This document shows, in pieces, positions 1 to 10,428 of a DNA stretch of 64,000 nucleotides (its first letter is position 1; every line of letters starts with the position of its first letter). The stretch spans positions 198,208-262,207 of the forward strand of contig CANMEQ010000001.1 of the NCBI GenBank assembly GCA_947497065.1, in the 5' to 3' direction. The position numbers and the translations under genes are program-made. The notes beneath the pieces are model-generated. The model saw nothing but the letters and a program-made list of their open reading frames with translations. It did not search any database and had not been told where the DNA came from. This DNA comes from an uncultured Rhodobacteraceae bacterium (GTDB taxonomy: Bacteria > Pseudomonadota > Alphaproteobacteria > Rhodobacterales > Rhodobacteraceae).

Positions 1-996
1 ATCGATTTCCTGGAATTTCAGGCAGCGGGTTTCATGGTCCTCATCTGCATGAGCCATGGGGATGTAGCCTTGATCGCAGCGGCCCTCTTCGAAGTAGTCG
101 CAGCGGGGGCCGAAGTTACAGCCCGGTGGGCGTTCATGGGGCAAGGGGAAGTTGCCCGGAATGGCGATGAGAGGGCGCGCGTTTTTGTCGGCGCCGGGCA
201 GTGGGATCGAGCGGAACAGCGCCTGTGTGTAAGGGTGCTGCATTTTGTCGAACACATCTTCGATTGAGCCGCGTTCAACCGCTTCGCCGGAATACATCAC
301 ACAAATCCGATCGCAGGTTTCCAGCACCAGCCCGAGGTTGTGGGAAATGAACAGCATCGAGGTGCCGTATTTTTTGCCAAGGTCTTTGACCAGTTCCACG
401 ACGGCGGCTTCAACCGTCACATCAAGGGCGGTTGTCGGTTCATCGAGGATCAACAAGGAGGGTTTCGACATCAGCGCCATGGCGATGACGATCCGTTGCT
501 GTTGGCCGCCAGACAGCTGGTGTGGGAAGCTGTCGAGCATGCGTTTGGGGTCGGGGAGTTTGACGTCTGTGACCACTTCGAGGGCGCGGTCATAGGCCTC
601 TTTTTCGGAGACACCCTCGTGGATCATCGGCACTTCCATCAACTGTTTGCCGATGCGCATGGCGGGATTGAGGGAGGCCATAGGCTCTTGATAGATCATC
701 GCGATTTTCGAGCCGCGGATGTCGCGCAGCTCTTCTTGCGTCATCTTGTTGAGGTCTTGGCCTTTGAACTTGATCGAGCCGCCTACGATGCGGCCGTTCA
801 CGCCCAAGTCTTGCATGACGCCAAGTGCCACGGTGGATTTACCGCAGCCGGATTCACCGACAATGCCCAAGGCTTCGCCGGGCATGATTTTGGCGGAGAA
901 ATCCATGACAGCAGGGATTTCGCGCAGGCGGGTGAAGAAGCTGATGGAGAGTTTATCGATCTCGAGGATCGGACCATCGTAAGTGTCGTTTTCCAT
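1..996 (-). CDS. Peptide/nickel-type ABC transporter ATP-binding protein (3' end runs off the window)
   Basis: Manual translation from ATG at 996: MENDTYDGPILEIDKLSISFF...GESGCGKST (Walker A)...LSGGQQQR (signature)...LLILDEPTTALD (Walker B)...HPYT...CNFGPRC. No stop before position 1, so it is absent from the ORF track. Confidence 0.93.
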   Translation of the reverse strand, partial: MENDTYDGPILEIDKLSISFFTRLREIPAVMDFSAKIMPGEALGIVGESGCGKSTVALGVMQDLGVNGRIVGGSIKFKGQDLNKMTQEELRDIRGSKIAMIYQEPMASLNPAMRIGKQLMEVPMIHEGVSEKEAYDRALEVVTDVKLPDPKRMLDSFPHQLSGGQQQRIVIAMALMSKPSLLILDEPTTALDVTVEAAVVELVKDLGKKYGTSMLFISHNLGLVLETCDRICVMYSGEAVERGSIEDVFDKMQHPYTQALFRSIPLPGADKNARPLIAIPGNFPLPHERPPGCNFGPRCDYFEEGRCDQGYIPMAHADEDHETRCLKFQEID

Positions 997-1000
997 GAGA

Positions 1001-2455
1001 TTAATCCTTCAGGCTTTCTTCGCGCAGACCATCTGCGAGAAGGTTGAGACCGAGCACCATAGACAGCAGTGCGATGGCAGGTGGCAGGGCCGGGTGGGCG
1101 TAGATGAGCAGCAGTTTGCGGCCCTCGTTGATGGTGGAGCCCCAGTCCGGCGATTCCGGTGGCAGGCCAAGGCCGAAGAAGCCCAGGGTGCCCAAGAGGA
1201 TGGTGGTGTAGCCGATGCGCAGGCAGAAATCGACGATCAGGGGCCCGCGTGCGTTGGGCAGGATTTCCCACAGCATGATGTACCATGTGCCTTCGCCACG
1301 GGTTTGGGCGGCGGCTACATAGTCGCGGGTTTTGATGTCGAGGGTGAGGCCCCGCACGATGCGGAACACCGTGGGCGAGTTCACGAAGACGACGGACACA
1401 AAGACCACCAAGATGCCGCCTGGGATGTCAAAGCCATCGAGAGCGTTTGGCCAGATGTAGAGAGGCGAGCCTTTGGCGCTGATGGTGGACAGGTAGAGCC
1501 AAGCGAGCGGGATTAGGACGATCGCGAGGTAGAGGATGTTTTTGCGGCTTTGTGTTTTATAGCGTGAGTTGATCAGGACGCCGAAGAACACCAGCGGGAA
1601 GATGAACAAGAACGCGGCCAAGAAGTTGGGCAGGCCCGTTGCCACGATTTCTGGGGTGACCAGAAGGTAAAACAGCAAAATGACGGGGAAGGCCAAGATC
1701 AGGTTGGCCAGAAAGGACAGGGTTGTGTCCAGTTTCCCGCCATAAAAGCCCGCAGGCAGGCCCAATGTGATGCCGACCATGAAGGCAAAGACCGTCGCCA
1801 GCGGTGCGATGACCATCACGATGACGGAGCCTTCGACCATGCGGCTGAAGATATCGCGGGCAAGGTTATCGCCGCCCAACAAGTAATGGGGGTAGAGGCC
1901 TTCGGCTTCGGCGTCGGGGACGACGAAACCGGGCACTTTGTTCTTGATGCCAGAGATTTGGGACAATGGGTCGTGGGTGGCGATCATGTCGAACAGGCCC
2001 ACAAAGATGGCGGTGAAGACCCAGAACATGACCAAGCCGAAACCGATCATGCCGATGGTTGAATCGAACAGTTTTCCGTAGAGGCCCAATTTGCGTTTGA
2101 ACGTGATCGACAGGCCAAAGGTTGCGATCAAGGCGATCCAGACGGGTAGGAACCGTTTGGAGATTTCGCCTAAGATGCCCGCGTCACCGTAGGGCATGAC
2201 CCACGACAGCACGATGAAGGCCGCGCAGAGCATGACAAGCAAGACAAACAGCTGACCTGTGTATTTTTCCAACCGGCCCAGCAGGCCGCCGCGCCCTTGC
2301 AGGGTGCCGTCGGCGTTGGTTTGGAGTTTTACCTCGGCTGCGAAGACGCCCATGATCAGTTGCAGGATCAGGCCTGTCAGAAAGACAGCCGCGGTGATGA
2401 CGATGAGTGGGACGAGAATGCTCCCCAAGGAGCCGGTCCATGTTAATGGGTCCAT
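1001..2455 (-). CDS. Peptide ABC transporter permease (DppC/OppC-like), unusually long
   Basis: LLGGDNLARDIFSR motif, EAA-like loop DYVAAAQTRGEGTWYIMLWEILPN, PDWG motif; many hydrophobic segments. Confidence 0.9.
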   Translation of the reverse strand: MDPLTWTGSLGSILVPLIVITAAVFLTGLILQLIMGVFAAEVKLQTNADGTLQGRGGLLGRLEKYTGQLFVLLVMLCAAFIVLSWVMPYGDAGILGEISKRFLPVWIALIATFGLSITFKRKLGLYGKLFDSTIGMIGFGLVMFWVFTAIFVGLFDMIATHDPLSQISGIKNKVPGFVVPDAEAEGLYPHYLLGGDNLARDIFSRMVEGSVIVMVIAPLATVFAFMVGITLGLPAGFYGGKLDTTLSFLANLILAFPVILLFYLLVTPEIVATGLPNFLAAFLFIFPLVFFGVLINSRYKTQSRKNILYLAIVLIPLAWLYLSTISAKGSPLYIWPNALDGFDIPGGILVVFVSVVFVNSPTVFRIVRGLTLDIKTRDYVAAAQTRGEGTWYIMLWEILPNARGPLIVDFCLRIGYTTILLGTLGFFGLGLPPESPDWGSTINEGRKLLLIYAHPALPPAIALLSMVLGLNLLADGLREESLKD

Positions 2456-2465
2456 GATAGGCTCC

Positions 2466-3512
2466 TTAAGAGATGCGGATGCGTGGGTTGAGGAAGACGT
2501 AGCCGATATCGGAAATCAGCTGTGTGACCAGAACCACGAAGACGGAAACGACGGAAACACCAAGCAGAAGATCGATGTCATTGTTGGAGGCGGCTTGCAC
2601 CAAGGTCCAGCCGAAGCCTTTGTAGTTGAACAAGGTTTCAACGATCACGACACCGTTCAAAAGCCACGGGAACTGCAACATGATCACGGTGAAGGGGGCG
2701 ATCAGGGCGTTGCGCAGGGCGTGTTTGAGCACGATGTTGGGGAAGCTGACCCCTTTGAGACGCGCGGTGCGGATGTACTGCGCGGTCATCACCTCGGTCA
2801 TCGAGGCACGTGTCATGCGCGCGATATAGCCCATGCCGTAGAGGGCGATGGTGATCACGGGCAAGAAGAAGTTGTTGAAGTTCGCGTCGTCCATCGCAGA
2901 CGTCGCGGTGCCTTTGAAGATTTGCATGCCAAATAATGGGGTCGCAAAAACCGCGATCAAGATAACACCGGAAACATATTCAGGGGTCGCGGTAGAGACG
3001 ATCGACACGGTGGACAGGCTGCGGTCGGTGCGGGATCCTTCGCGCATGCCGGCCAGAACGCCGATGATCAATGCGCCGGGCACCATGACCATCATCACCC
3101 AAAACATCAGTTTTCCGGTCAGGCCCAAACGGGTGCCCACGATTGTAGAAACCTCATCGCGGAAGACCGTGGATTGGCCCCATTCCCCTTGGAGAATGCC
3201 GCAAAAGGTGGGGGTGTCTTCGGTGGGCGTGCGGCCTGCCTCGCATTTCGCACGCGTCTCACCATCGGTGCCGTCGATCACGTATCCGGGCAGGATGCCG
3301 ACCCACTGGCCGTATTTGACGGGTAGCGACTGCGTGTAGCCGCGGTTGCCGAGGAACGTTTCAACCTGTTCATCCGACATGCGGAAGTTACCTTGGGTTT
3401 TGGCAAGCTTTTCCAAGTTCGGATAGAGGTTCGTAAGCCAGAACACGATGAACGTTAGGCATAATGCCGTAAGGATCATCACGCCCAAACGGCGGAGAAT
3501 AAACAGTCCCAT
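2466..3512 (-). CDS. Peptide ABC transporter permease (DppB/OppB-like)
   Basis: MGLFILRRLG start, YIRTARLKG..KHALRNA EAA motif, IVETLFNYKGFG. Confidence 0.92.
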   Translation of the reverse strand: MGLFILRRLGVMILTALCLTFIVFWLTNLYPNLEKLAKTQGNFRMSDEQVETFLGNRGYTQSLPVKYGQWVGILPGYVIDGTDGETRAKCEAGRTPTEDTPTFCGILQGEWGQSTVFRDEVSTIVGTRLGLTGKLMFWVMMVMVPGALIIGVLAGMREGSRTDRSLSTVSIVSTATPEYVSGVILIAVFATPLFGMQIFKGTATSAMDDANFNNFFLPVITIALYGMGYIARMTRASMTEVMTAQYIRTARLKGVSFPNIVLKHALRNALIAPFTVIMLQFPWLLNGVVIVETLFNYKGFGWTLVQAASNNDIDLLLGVSVVSVFVVLVTQLISDIGYVFLNPRIRIS

Positions 3513-3587
3513 GAAGGCCCCAGTTTTGTGGTCTTTTATTGATTATTTTTGTGTGTCGCAGAGCACACAGGTGCGTAGAACGATCAA

Positions 3588-3616
3588 AAAGGCCGCCCCC
3601 AGTTGGAGCGGCCTTT
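3588..3616 (-). terminator. Intercistronic stem-loop after the binding-protein gene (attenuator or mRNA stabiliser)
   Basis: AAAGGCCGC (3588-3596) and GCGGCCTTT (3608-3616) inverted repeat; a T-run follows on the minus strand. Confidence 0.6.
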
Positions 3617-3632
3617 AAGAGTTTAGATCAAA

Positions 3633-5300
3633 TTAGGCTGCAACAGCCCATTTGTAGATCTGTGGCAGATACGCGATGTGCATATCCCAGCCGACGAAAC
3701 CTGGCTTGGAGTGACGGTAGATTGTGCGCCAGTATGGCTGCAGCGTCACGGCGTCGTCAGTCAATGTCTGCTGGATTTTGGCCATCACTTCGCGACGTGC
3801 ATCTGCATCTGCGATTGCGTTGGCTTCATCAAGCAGGGCGTCGAATTCTGGATTGTTGTAAGCGAATTCGTTCCATGCTTCGCCAGACCGGTAGGCCAGA
3901 CCCAGAACCTGTGTGCCCAATGGGCGGTGGTTCCAGTTGGTGGAGCTGAAGGAGTAATCTGTCCAATCGTTCCAGAATGTAGAGCCTGGAATGGTTGTCC
4001 GTTTTACGTTCATGCCAGCGTCACGCATTTGGGCTGCCACTGCATCAGTGGTGTTTTTGCGCCAGTCATCGTCGATGGAGAAGATTTCGAATTCGAAATC
4101 AGCCATGCCAGCTTCTTCGAGAAGGGCCATGGCGCCTTCTGGATCGAAGTCGACCTTCGGGATGTCTGCCCATTCGGGGTGCATTGGGCCAACGTGCTGG
4201 TTGCGTGCAACCTCACCTTGGTCGGCATAGCCCAGTTCCAAGCACACAGCGTTATCAACGGCCATCTGGATCGCCTTGCGGACGCGGACGTCTGCGTAGG
4301 GTTTCATGCCGTCAACTTCGGCCTCTTGGTTTGGACGGATCACGATTGTGGACCCGGATGCGACGGCGGATTCTTCAAAGCCGATACCGTTGAAGACTTC
4401 GACGAAATCACCAACTGTTTCGAAGGTCATATCGACTTCGTCTGCGGCTGCAGCGGCAACCCAAGCGGATGGATCTGTGCCGTAGTCGATGTATTCGATA
4501 CGATCGAGGAATGCGCCTTTGCCAGCCGCGTAGCCCCACCATTCGTGGCCTTCGTTCCGCACGAGGACAGCTTTTACGCCGACTTCGTTGCTTTCGAGAG
4601 TGTAGGGGCCAGTGCCGACGGGTGTGTTGCCCGGATCAACGCGGTCGATTGAGCTGTGGTAGATTGCGGCAGGGTAATCGGCCATGCCAGCGATCAATGT
4701 GATGTCGGATTTTGGCAATGTCAGTGTGACCTGATGCGGGCCTGTCACCTCAATCGCGCCGTCAATTGCAACGCCGGTTTCGCCATCGACCAATACGGTC
4801 ATGCGGCCAGCCATGGAGTTGCCTTCGGCTGCGCTGTCGCACCAGTCGTTGATCACGCGTGCCACGTCTTCGGCTGTGAAGTCGTCGCCGTTGTTCCATT
4901 TGACGCCTTGGCGCACGTTCAATGTGTAAACGGTTGCGTCGTCGTTGACGTCCCAGCTTTCCAGAAGCATCGGCTCGAAGGACCCATCGGAGTTATACTC
5001 AACGAGGTATTCAAGCCAGCCCGCTGTGACGTAGGCCATTTGTGTCCAGTCAAAGGCGCGCGGATCTTTGAGGGCGCGTACTTCCATTTGCATGCGCAAT
5101 GTGCCGCCTTGCTGGGCGTGGCCAGCGGCGCGTGCCGGCTGGGACAGACCCATGAGGCCATATGCACCTGCGGCTGTGACACCAAGTGCGGTTGTACGGG
5201 TCAAAAACTCCCGGCGGCTGAGTTTGCCCGCTTCGACGTCTTTTACATAGACGTCGACTGCTGGGTGCAGTGGACCGCCGGTTAGTGTTTTATTGGTCAT
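3633..5300 (-). CDS. ABC transporter substrate-binding protein, family 5, with Tat signal
   Basis: Start at ATG 5300 (GGGAG 7 nt upstream). SRREFL twin-arginine motif, SBP_bac_5 motifs ([35 protein letters not shown]). Confidence 0.92.
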   Translation of the reverse strand: MTNKTLTGGPLHPAVDVYVKDVEAGKLSRREFLTRTTALGVTAAGAYGLMGLSQPARAAGHAQQGGTLRMQMEVRALKDPRAFDWTQMAYVTAGWLEYLVEYNSDGSFEPMLLESWDVNDDATVYTLNVRQGVKWNNGDDFTAEDVARVINDWCDSAAEGNSMAGRMTVLVDGETGVAIDGAIEVTGPHQVTLTLPKSDITLIAGMADYPAAIYHSSIDRVDPGNTPVGTGPYTLESNEVGVKAVLVRNEGHEWWGYAAGKGAFLDRIEYIDYGTDPSAWVAAAAADEVDMTFETVGDFVEVFNGIGFEESAVASGSTIVIRPNQEAEVDGMKPYADVRVRKAIQMAVDNAVCLELGYADQGEVARNQHVGPMHPEWADIPKVDFDPEGAMALLEEAGMADFEFEIFSIDDDWRKNTTDAVAAQMRDAGMNVKRTTIPGSTFWNDWTDYSFSSTNWNHRPLGTQVLGLAYRSGEAWNEFAYNNPEFDALLDEANAIADADARREVMAKIQQTLTDDAVTLQPYWRTIYRHSKPGFVGWDMHIAYLPQIYKWAVAA

Positions 5301-5560
5301 TCGTGTACTCCCTGATGACACGTTTATCGTTATCTTTTTGGTGTTGGAAACGCTTGGTCCGATAGATGGTTGTTGGCCAAAAGGTCCCCAAATTTTCCAA
5401 TGGCTCCACCTTGGGCAGGGATTCCCTGTCCGTCAACGGTCGCAATCGGCGTTTCATATCACGTTTGCGACGTTCGCATGGTCTGTATACGACATGCAAG
5501 GCGAAAGCTGACACACACGAGAGATGGAGGTGGGGTGAATGGGGCCCAAGACGTTGCGCG

Positions 5561-6379
5561 CTAAATTGCTGTAAGTGGGCCTTTTTTTCGAAACTGGGTC
5601 GGCGTGAGACCGGTTTCAGCCTGAAACGCACGGGTGAAATAGGCGGCAGAGCCAAAGCCCAAGTCGTCCGCGATCTCGCGGACGGGGGTGGCCGTGTCGC
5701 GCAGGCGCAGGCGTGCTTCGAACAAGATACGATCGTTGAGCAGGGTCAGAGCAGATTTTGCACAGGTTTCTTTGCAGCAGCGCGCTAAGTGGGTCGCGGT
5801 TACGCCCAGTTTAGCCGCATAGTCGGCGACGCCCAGATGCTCGTGATAGTGATGTTCGATCAGGTCGGTGTAGGCCGCGATCAGGCGCGCAGCGGCTGAG
5901 GTCGCGCGGGCATCTGATGTGTCTGCATCGCGCAGGGCAATTTGGCGTTCGAAGTAGATCGACAGCAGGCCCAGCTGGTAATGCGCTGCACGGGCAGCAC
6001 CGGGCAAGTCGGATTTCAATTCTCGTTCCAATACATCCATATGGCTGGAAAGTTCTTTTTGTCCCACCACGTCACGCAGACGCAGGTGAACCGGTTCGAG
6101 CGGCCATTCTGTGGCCATGGCATGTGGGATCGTCAGCATTTGGCCAAACACAGTTGGGCCCACTTCGAACCCGTACATCGTATTTGCGGGAATATAGATT
6201 AGGTTGTTTGCGCCGTAGCCGCGGGTCAGCCCCGCAATTGTGATGCGTCCTTGGCCACGGGCGACGAATATCAGGCGAGGGCTGGAATGTGACCGCATCG
6301 CCTCGGTGCGCCACCGGCCTTGGGTCGCATTTTGTGCGATTGCCGTAAGTGCGAGGCGGTTTTGAGGGTCGGTCATCAT
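5561..6379 (-). CDS. AraC-family transcriptional regulator
   Basis: N-terminal cupin-like region (HSSPRLIFVARGQG); C-terminal double HTH (IADDLGFGSAAYFTRAFQAETGLTPTQFRK). Start uncertain (6376, 6379 or 6415). Confidence 0.88.
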   Translation of the reverse strand: MMTDPQNRLALTAIAQNATQGRWRTEAMRSHSSPRLIFVARGQGRITIAGLTRGYGANNLIYIPANTMYGFEVGPTVFGQMLTIPHAMATEWPLEPVHLRLRDVVGQKELSSHMDVLERELKSDLPGAARAAHYQLGLLSIYFERQIALRDADTSDARATSAAARLIAAYTDLIEHHYHEHLGVADYAAKLGVTATHLARCCKETCAKSALTLLNDRILFEARLRLRDTATPVREIADDLGFGSAAYFTRAFQAETGLTPTQFRKKGPLTAI

Positions 6380-6458
6380 CGGGCTGCAAACTTTCAAAAG
6401 GTTCGAATTTTGCAATTTTGGCCGGATCGAGATGGCAAATCAAAGGAATAAATGTGGA

Positions 6459-7346
6459 TTATTTGGCATCTGCAAGATCTGGTAGTGCGATCTGCTGCCA
6501 CCGCTTCATACGGGATCTAAGCCAAGTGCGTTGGCGTTTGGCATATTGGCGTGTGGCGATAATGATCGCGTTGCGCGCCGAATCGATGGATAGATTTCCA
6601 TCCAGCAGCTGTATCATTTCTGCCGCGCCAATCGCCTTGGATGAGGGGGCTGACGGATCCCAGACAGGTTTCATGGTTTCGGCTTCGCCGAGGGCACCCA
6701 TGTCCATCATCAGGTCAAAACGCTGGGCGATGCGCGTTCCGAGCCAGTCAACTTCGGGCATCAGGGCCAGGGGCGTACAGGCCTCGAGCGGCAGCAAGGG
6801 GGGCGGTGTGTCCGCCTGCCATGCGCGGATGCTGCGGCCCGTGGCTGTCTGAACTTCCCACGCGCGTTGCACGCGAGCACGGTTGTTGAGGTCGATCGCT
6901 TGGGCGGTGTCATCGTCCAGATCGGCGATCAGATCGGGCAGTGGGATAGCGTCAGCGCGGGTACGTACATCCGCTGGGGTGGCTGGAATGTTGGCCAAGC
7001 CTTCGGTCAGGGCGGTAAAATAGAGACCTGTGCCGCCGACAATGATCGGGCGTGGACCGGTGCCCGTCAGGAACGGCGTTACATCGCGCAACCAATCGCC
7101 AACGGAGTAGGGCGCGTCGAAGGGCAGATGCCCATAAAGGTGGTGGGGCACTTGGGAGAGATCCTCTGCGGGTGGTTGCGCCGTGAGGATGGGCCAGCCT
7201 TGATAGACCTGCAGGGCATCGGCGTTTACGATCACGCCGCCTTGGCTTTCCGCAATTTCCAACGCGAGCCCTGATTTGCCCGATGCTGTCGGGCCATAGA
7301 TCAAGACCGGAAGGTCGGGGTCGATTTTGGTGAGGTCGATCATCAT
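6459..7346 (-). CDS. miaA: tRNA dimethylallyltransferase
   Basis: GPTASGKS P-loop, [29 protein letters not shown]. Confidence 0.95.
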   Translation of the reverse strand: MMIDLTKIDPDLPVLIYGPTASGKSGLALEIAESQGGVIVNADALQVYQGWPILTAQPPAEDLSQVPHHLYGHLPFDAPYSVGDWLRDVTPFLTGTGPRPIIVGGTGLYFTALTEGLANIPATPADVRTRADAIPLPDLIADLDDDTAQAIDLNNRARVQRAWEVQTATGRSIRAWQADTPPPLLPLEACTPLALMPEVDWLGTRIAQRFDLMMDMGALGEAETMKPVWDPSAPSSKAIGAAEMIQLLDGNLSIDSARNAIIIATRQYAKRQRTWLRSRMKRWQQIALPDLADAK

Positions 7347-7417
7347 ATGTCCCATTGCGCCTGCCGCCCTTTTGCGACATTTTACGCGGAACTGAAAGCA
7401 TCGAGAGGACCCGGCCC

Positions 7418-8143
7418 ATGTCAACGACCGAAAAAGCGGCATACAAGAGGGTGATGCTCAAGATTTCCGGCGAGGCGCTGATGGGCGACCAAGGTTTCGG
7501 ACTGCATCCCCCCACCGTCGAGCGCATCGCAAAAGAGGTGCAATCTGTTCACCAAATGGGTGTTGAGATTTGTATGGTCATCGGGGGCGGCAACGTGTTC
7601 CGTGGCTTGCAAGGCTCGGCCCAAGGGATGGAGCGGACCACGGCAGACTACATGGGCATGTTGGCCACCGTGATGAACGCCTTAGCGATGCAATCCGCGC
7701 TGGAAGGCTTGGACATCAACACGCGCGTGATTTCCGCGATCACCATGAACGAAGTGGCAGAGCCCTATATTCGCCGGCGCGCTGTTCGCCACCTAGAAAA
7801 GAAGCGGATTTGCATTTTCGCAGCAGGCACGGGCAACCCGTATTTCACGACCGATACGGCGGCAACGCTGCGTGCCTCTGAGATGTCCTGCGAGGCGATT
7901 TTCAAAGGCACAAAGGTTGACGGTGTTTACGACAAAGATCCAGCCAAGCACGATGATGCGAAACGGTATGAAACGATCACTTATGATGAGGTTTTGGCCC
8001 AGCATTTGGGTGTGATGGATGCCAGTGCGATTGCTTTGGCCCGTGAAAACAGCTTGCCGATTGTGGTGTTCAGCCTTGATGACAAAGGCGGATTTAAAGG
8101 CATTCTAGACGGCAGCGGCACGTCGACAACGGTGCGAGACTAG
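7418..8143 (+). CDS. pyrH: UMP kinase
   Basis: [51 protein letters not shown]. Confidence 0.97.
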   Translation: MSTTEKAAYKRVMLKISGEALMGDQGFGLHPPTVERIAKEVQSVHQMGVEICMVIGGGNVFRGLQGSAQGMERTTADYMGMLATVMNALAMQSALEGLDINTRVISAITMNEVAEPYIRRRAVRHLEKKRICIFAAGTGNPYFTTDTAATLRASEMSCEAIFKGTKVDGVYDKDPAKHDDAKRYETITYDEVLAQHLGVMDASAIALARENSLPIVVFSLDDKGGFKGILDGSGTSTTVRD

Positions 8144-8281
8144 GGCGCGCGCTTTCGGGTGTGGATCTGATTTCAGGGCGGCCTTGGATAGGCGGTTCTG
8201 CACAGGTCTTGCACAGACCTTCTATACAAACCCCGCGTGTTAACGGTATATCAGCCCCAACGCGATCAAAAGAGCAGAGAT

Positions 8282-8845
8282 ATGTCAGACGATTTTATCC
8301 TAGACACAGATGATTTAACCCGCCGCATGGACGGGGCTATTGCAAACTTGCGGACCGAATTCGGGTCGCTTCGGACGGGCCGTGGGTCTGCGTCGATGTT
8401 GGAACCTGTGATGGTGGATGCCTATGGGTCCATGACACCGATCAACCAAGTTGGCACCGTCAACGTGCCTGAACCGCGCATGGTGACAGTGAATGTGTGG
8501 GACAAAGGGTTGGTCGGCAAAGTGGAAAAGGCCATTCGTGAAAGCGGGTTGGGCATCAACCCACAGCTGAACGGCACCATCATCATGCTGCCGATCCCAG
8601 AGCTGAACGAAGAACGTCGTCGCGAGCTGAGCAAGGTTGCAGGAACCTATGCGGAAAACGCGCGGGTCAGCATCCGCAATGTGCGTCGCGATGGGATGGA
8701 TCAGATCAAGAAAGCCAAGAACGATGGCATGTCTGAGGATGATCAAAAGCTTTGGGAATCCGAAGTGCAGGATCTGACCAATGATTACATCAAACGTGTT
8801 GATGTGGCGTTGGACGCGAAGCAAGAAGAAATCATGCAAGTTTAA
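8282..8845 (+). CDS. frr: Ribosome recycling factor
   Basis: [47 protein letters not shown]. Confidence 0.97.
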   Translation: MSDDFILDTDDLTRRMDGAIANLRTEFGSLRTGRGSASMLEPVMVDAYGSMTPINQVGTVNVPEPRMVTVNVWDKGLVGKVEKAIRESGLGINPQLNGTIIMLPIPELNEERRRELSKVAGTYAENARVSIRNVRRDGMDQIKKAKNDGMSEDDQKLWESEVQDLTNDYIKRVDVALDAKQEEIMQV

Positions 8846-8919
8846 GAGGTTCGGCTGCGGGCGACCCGCCTGCAGCCAAACTTACAAAACGAGACGCGTA
8901 AGCAGTGGGGGCCAATACT

Positions 8920-9633
8920 ATGGCCGAGATTAACGGGCCGAAACATGTCGCCATTATTATGGACGGCAATGGACGTTGGGCGCAGATGCGGGGGCGGCCA
9001 AGATTGATGGGCCACCACGCTGGTGCGCGTCGTGTGCGCGAAATCGTTGAGGCGTGCCCTGCACAGGGTGTTAAATACCTGACAGTCTTCGCGTTTTCGA
9101 CAGAAAACTGGAAGCGAACACAAAGCGAAGTGGCCGGTCTGATGAAGCTGTTTCGCCGATACATTCAACGTGAAGCGCGTGATTTGTTGGCCAACGGTGT
9201 GCGTGTTCGGTTCATCGGCGACCGTGTCCGGTTGGACGATAAGCTGGTAAAAATGATGGATGAGCTGGAACTGCTCACATCGGACAATGACAAAATTCAT
9301 CTCACTGTTGCGTTGAACTATGGCGGGCGTGATGAGGTTGCTCGGGCGACCAAGCGGTTGGCCTTCGACGTGGCGGCTGGAAAGTTGGCGCCCAAAGATG
9401 TGGGCGACGAAACCTTGGCCCAATATCTGGATACCTGTTTTTTGCCGGATCCTGATCTGGTGATCCGCACCAGTGGCGAGGCACGGATTTCGAACTTTCT
9501 GCTCTGGCAATCGGCCTATGCGGAATACGAATTTATCGAAACCTTGTGGCCTGATTTTACGGCGGATGTTTTTGCTCAGGTGCTGGGGAACTATCAGACC
9601 CGTGACCGCCGTTTTGGTGCGGTGAAGGTTTAG
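8920..9633 (+). CDS. uppS: Undecaprenyl/isoprenyl diphosphate synthase
   Basis: HVAIIMDGNGRWA, FAFSTENWKR, ALNYGGR, PDPDLVIRTSGEARISNFLLWQ. Confidence 0.96.
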   Translation: MAEINGPKHVAIIMDGNGRWAQMRGRPRLMGHHAGARRVREIVEACPAQGVKYLTVFAFSTENWKRTQSEVAGLMKLFRRYIQREARDLLANGVRVRFIGDRVRLDDKLVKMMDELELLTSDNDKIHLTVALNYGGRDEVARATKRLAFDVAAGKLAPKDVGDETLAQYLDTCFLPDPDLVIRTSGEARISNFLLWQSAYAEYEFIETLWPDFTADVFAQVLGNYQTRDRRFGAVKV

Positions 9634-9636
9634 AAT

Positions 9637-10428
9637 ATGGCCGGGAATTGGGATGATCTGAAGGTCCGCATGATATCAGGCGCCGCGATGGCGGCGGTGG
9701 GTATCGTTGCGATTATTGCCGGTGGCGTTTGGTTCCAGATGTTGACGGTTTTCGTGACCGCGGTGATGGTTTGGGAATGCTGGATCATGATCCGAGGGGC
9801 CTCGCCGACGTCGGGAATGTTGATGGCGGCTGCGGTGGCTTCTATTTTGTCGGCTCAAGTGTTTGGTGGGACGCAAAGTTATGAGTTTATTGCGCTTTTC
9901 CTTGCCGTCCCTGTGCTTGGCGCAGCTGTTTTGCCGCGCGAACGGGTGACGTTTTTTATCTTTGCGCTTGGTATCCAGTTGGCGGGCTATGGGCTGGTGC
10001 ATTTCCGGATCGAGTTCGGATTTACTTGGCTTTTGTGGCTGGTCAGCATCGTGGTTGTCACGGACATTGCAGGATATTTCGCGGGCAAAGCCTTAGGTGG
10101 GCCAAAATTTTGGCCTGCGATTAGCCCCAAGAAGACCTGGAGCGGGACGATTGGTGGCTGGGCTGGCGCGGCTGTTGTCGGCTTTATCTTTACACTTTTT
10201 ACCAATGCCGGTGTGTCGATCATTCTTCTGTCCGTTGTGATTAGTTTTGCGGGTCAGATGGGTGACATCGCAGAAAGCGCGTTGAAACGTCGGCAAGGGG
10301 TGAAGGACAGTTCTGCTCTGATACCCGGGCATGGTGGCCTGTTTGACCGATTTGATGCCTTGCTTGGTGCGTCGTTGTTCATGCTGGCCGTGGCGGTTGG
10401 ATTTAATGTTCCCGGAGTGGCCTTTTGA
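9637..10428 (+). CDS. cdsA: Phosphatidate cytidylyltransferase
   Basis: ISPKKTWSG, GDIAESALKR..GVKDS..LIPGHGGLFDRFD. Confidence 0.95.
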   Translation: MAGNWDDLKVRMISGAAMAAVGIVAIIAGGVWFQMLTVFVTAVMVWECWIMIRGASPTSGMLMAAAVASILSAQVFGGTQSYEFIALFLAVPVLGAAVLPRERVTFFIFALGIQLAGYGLVHFRIEFGFTWLLWLVSIVVVTDIAGYFAGKALGGPKFWPAISPKKTWSGTIGGWAGAAVVGFIFTLFTNAGVSIILLSVVISFAGQMGDIAESALKRRQGVKDSSALIPGHGGLFDRFDALLGASLFMLAVAVGFNVPGVAF

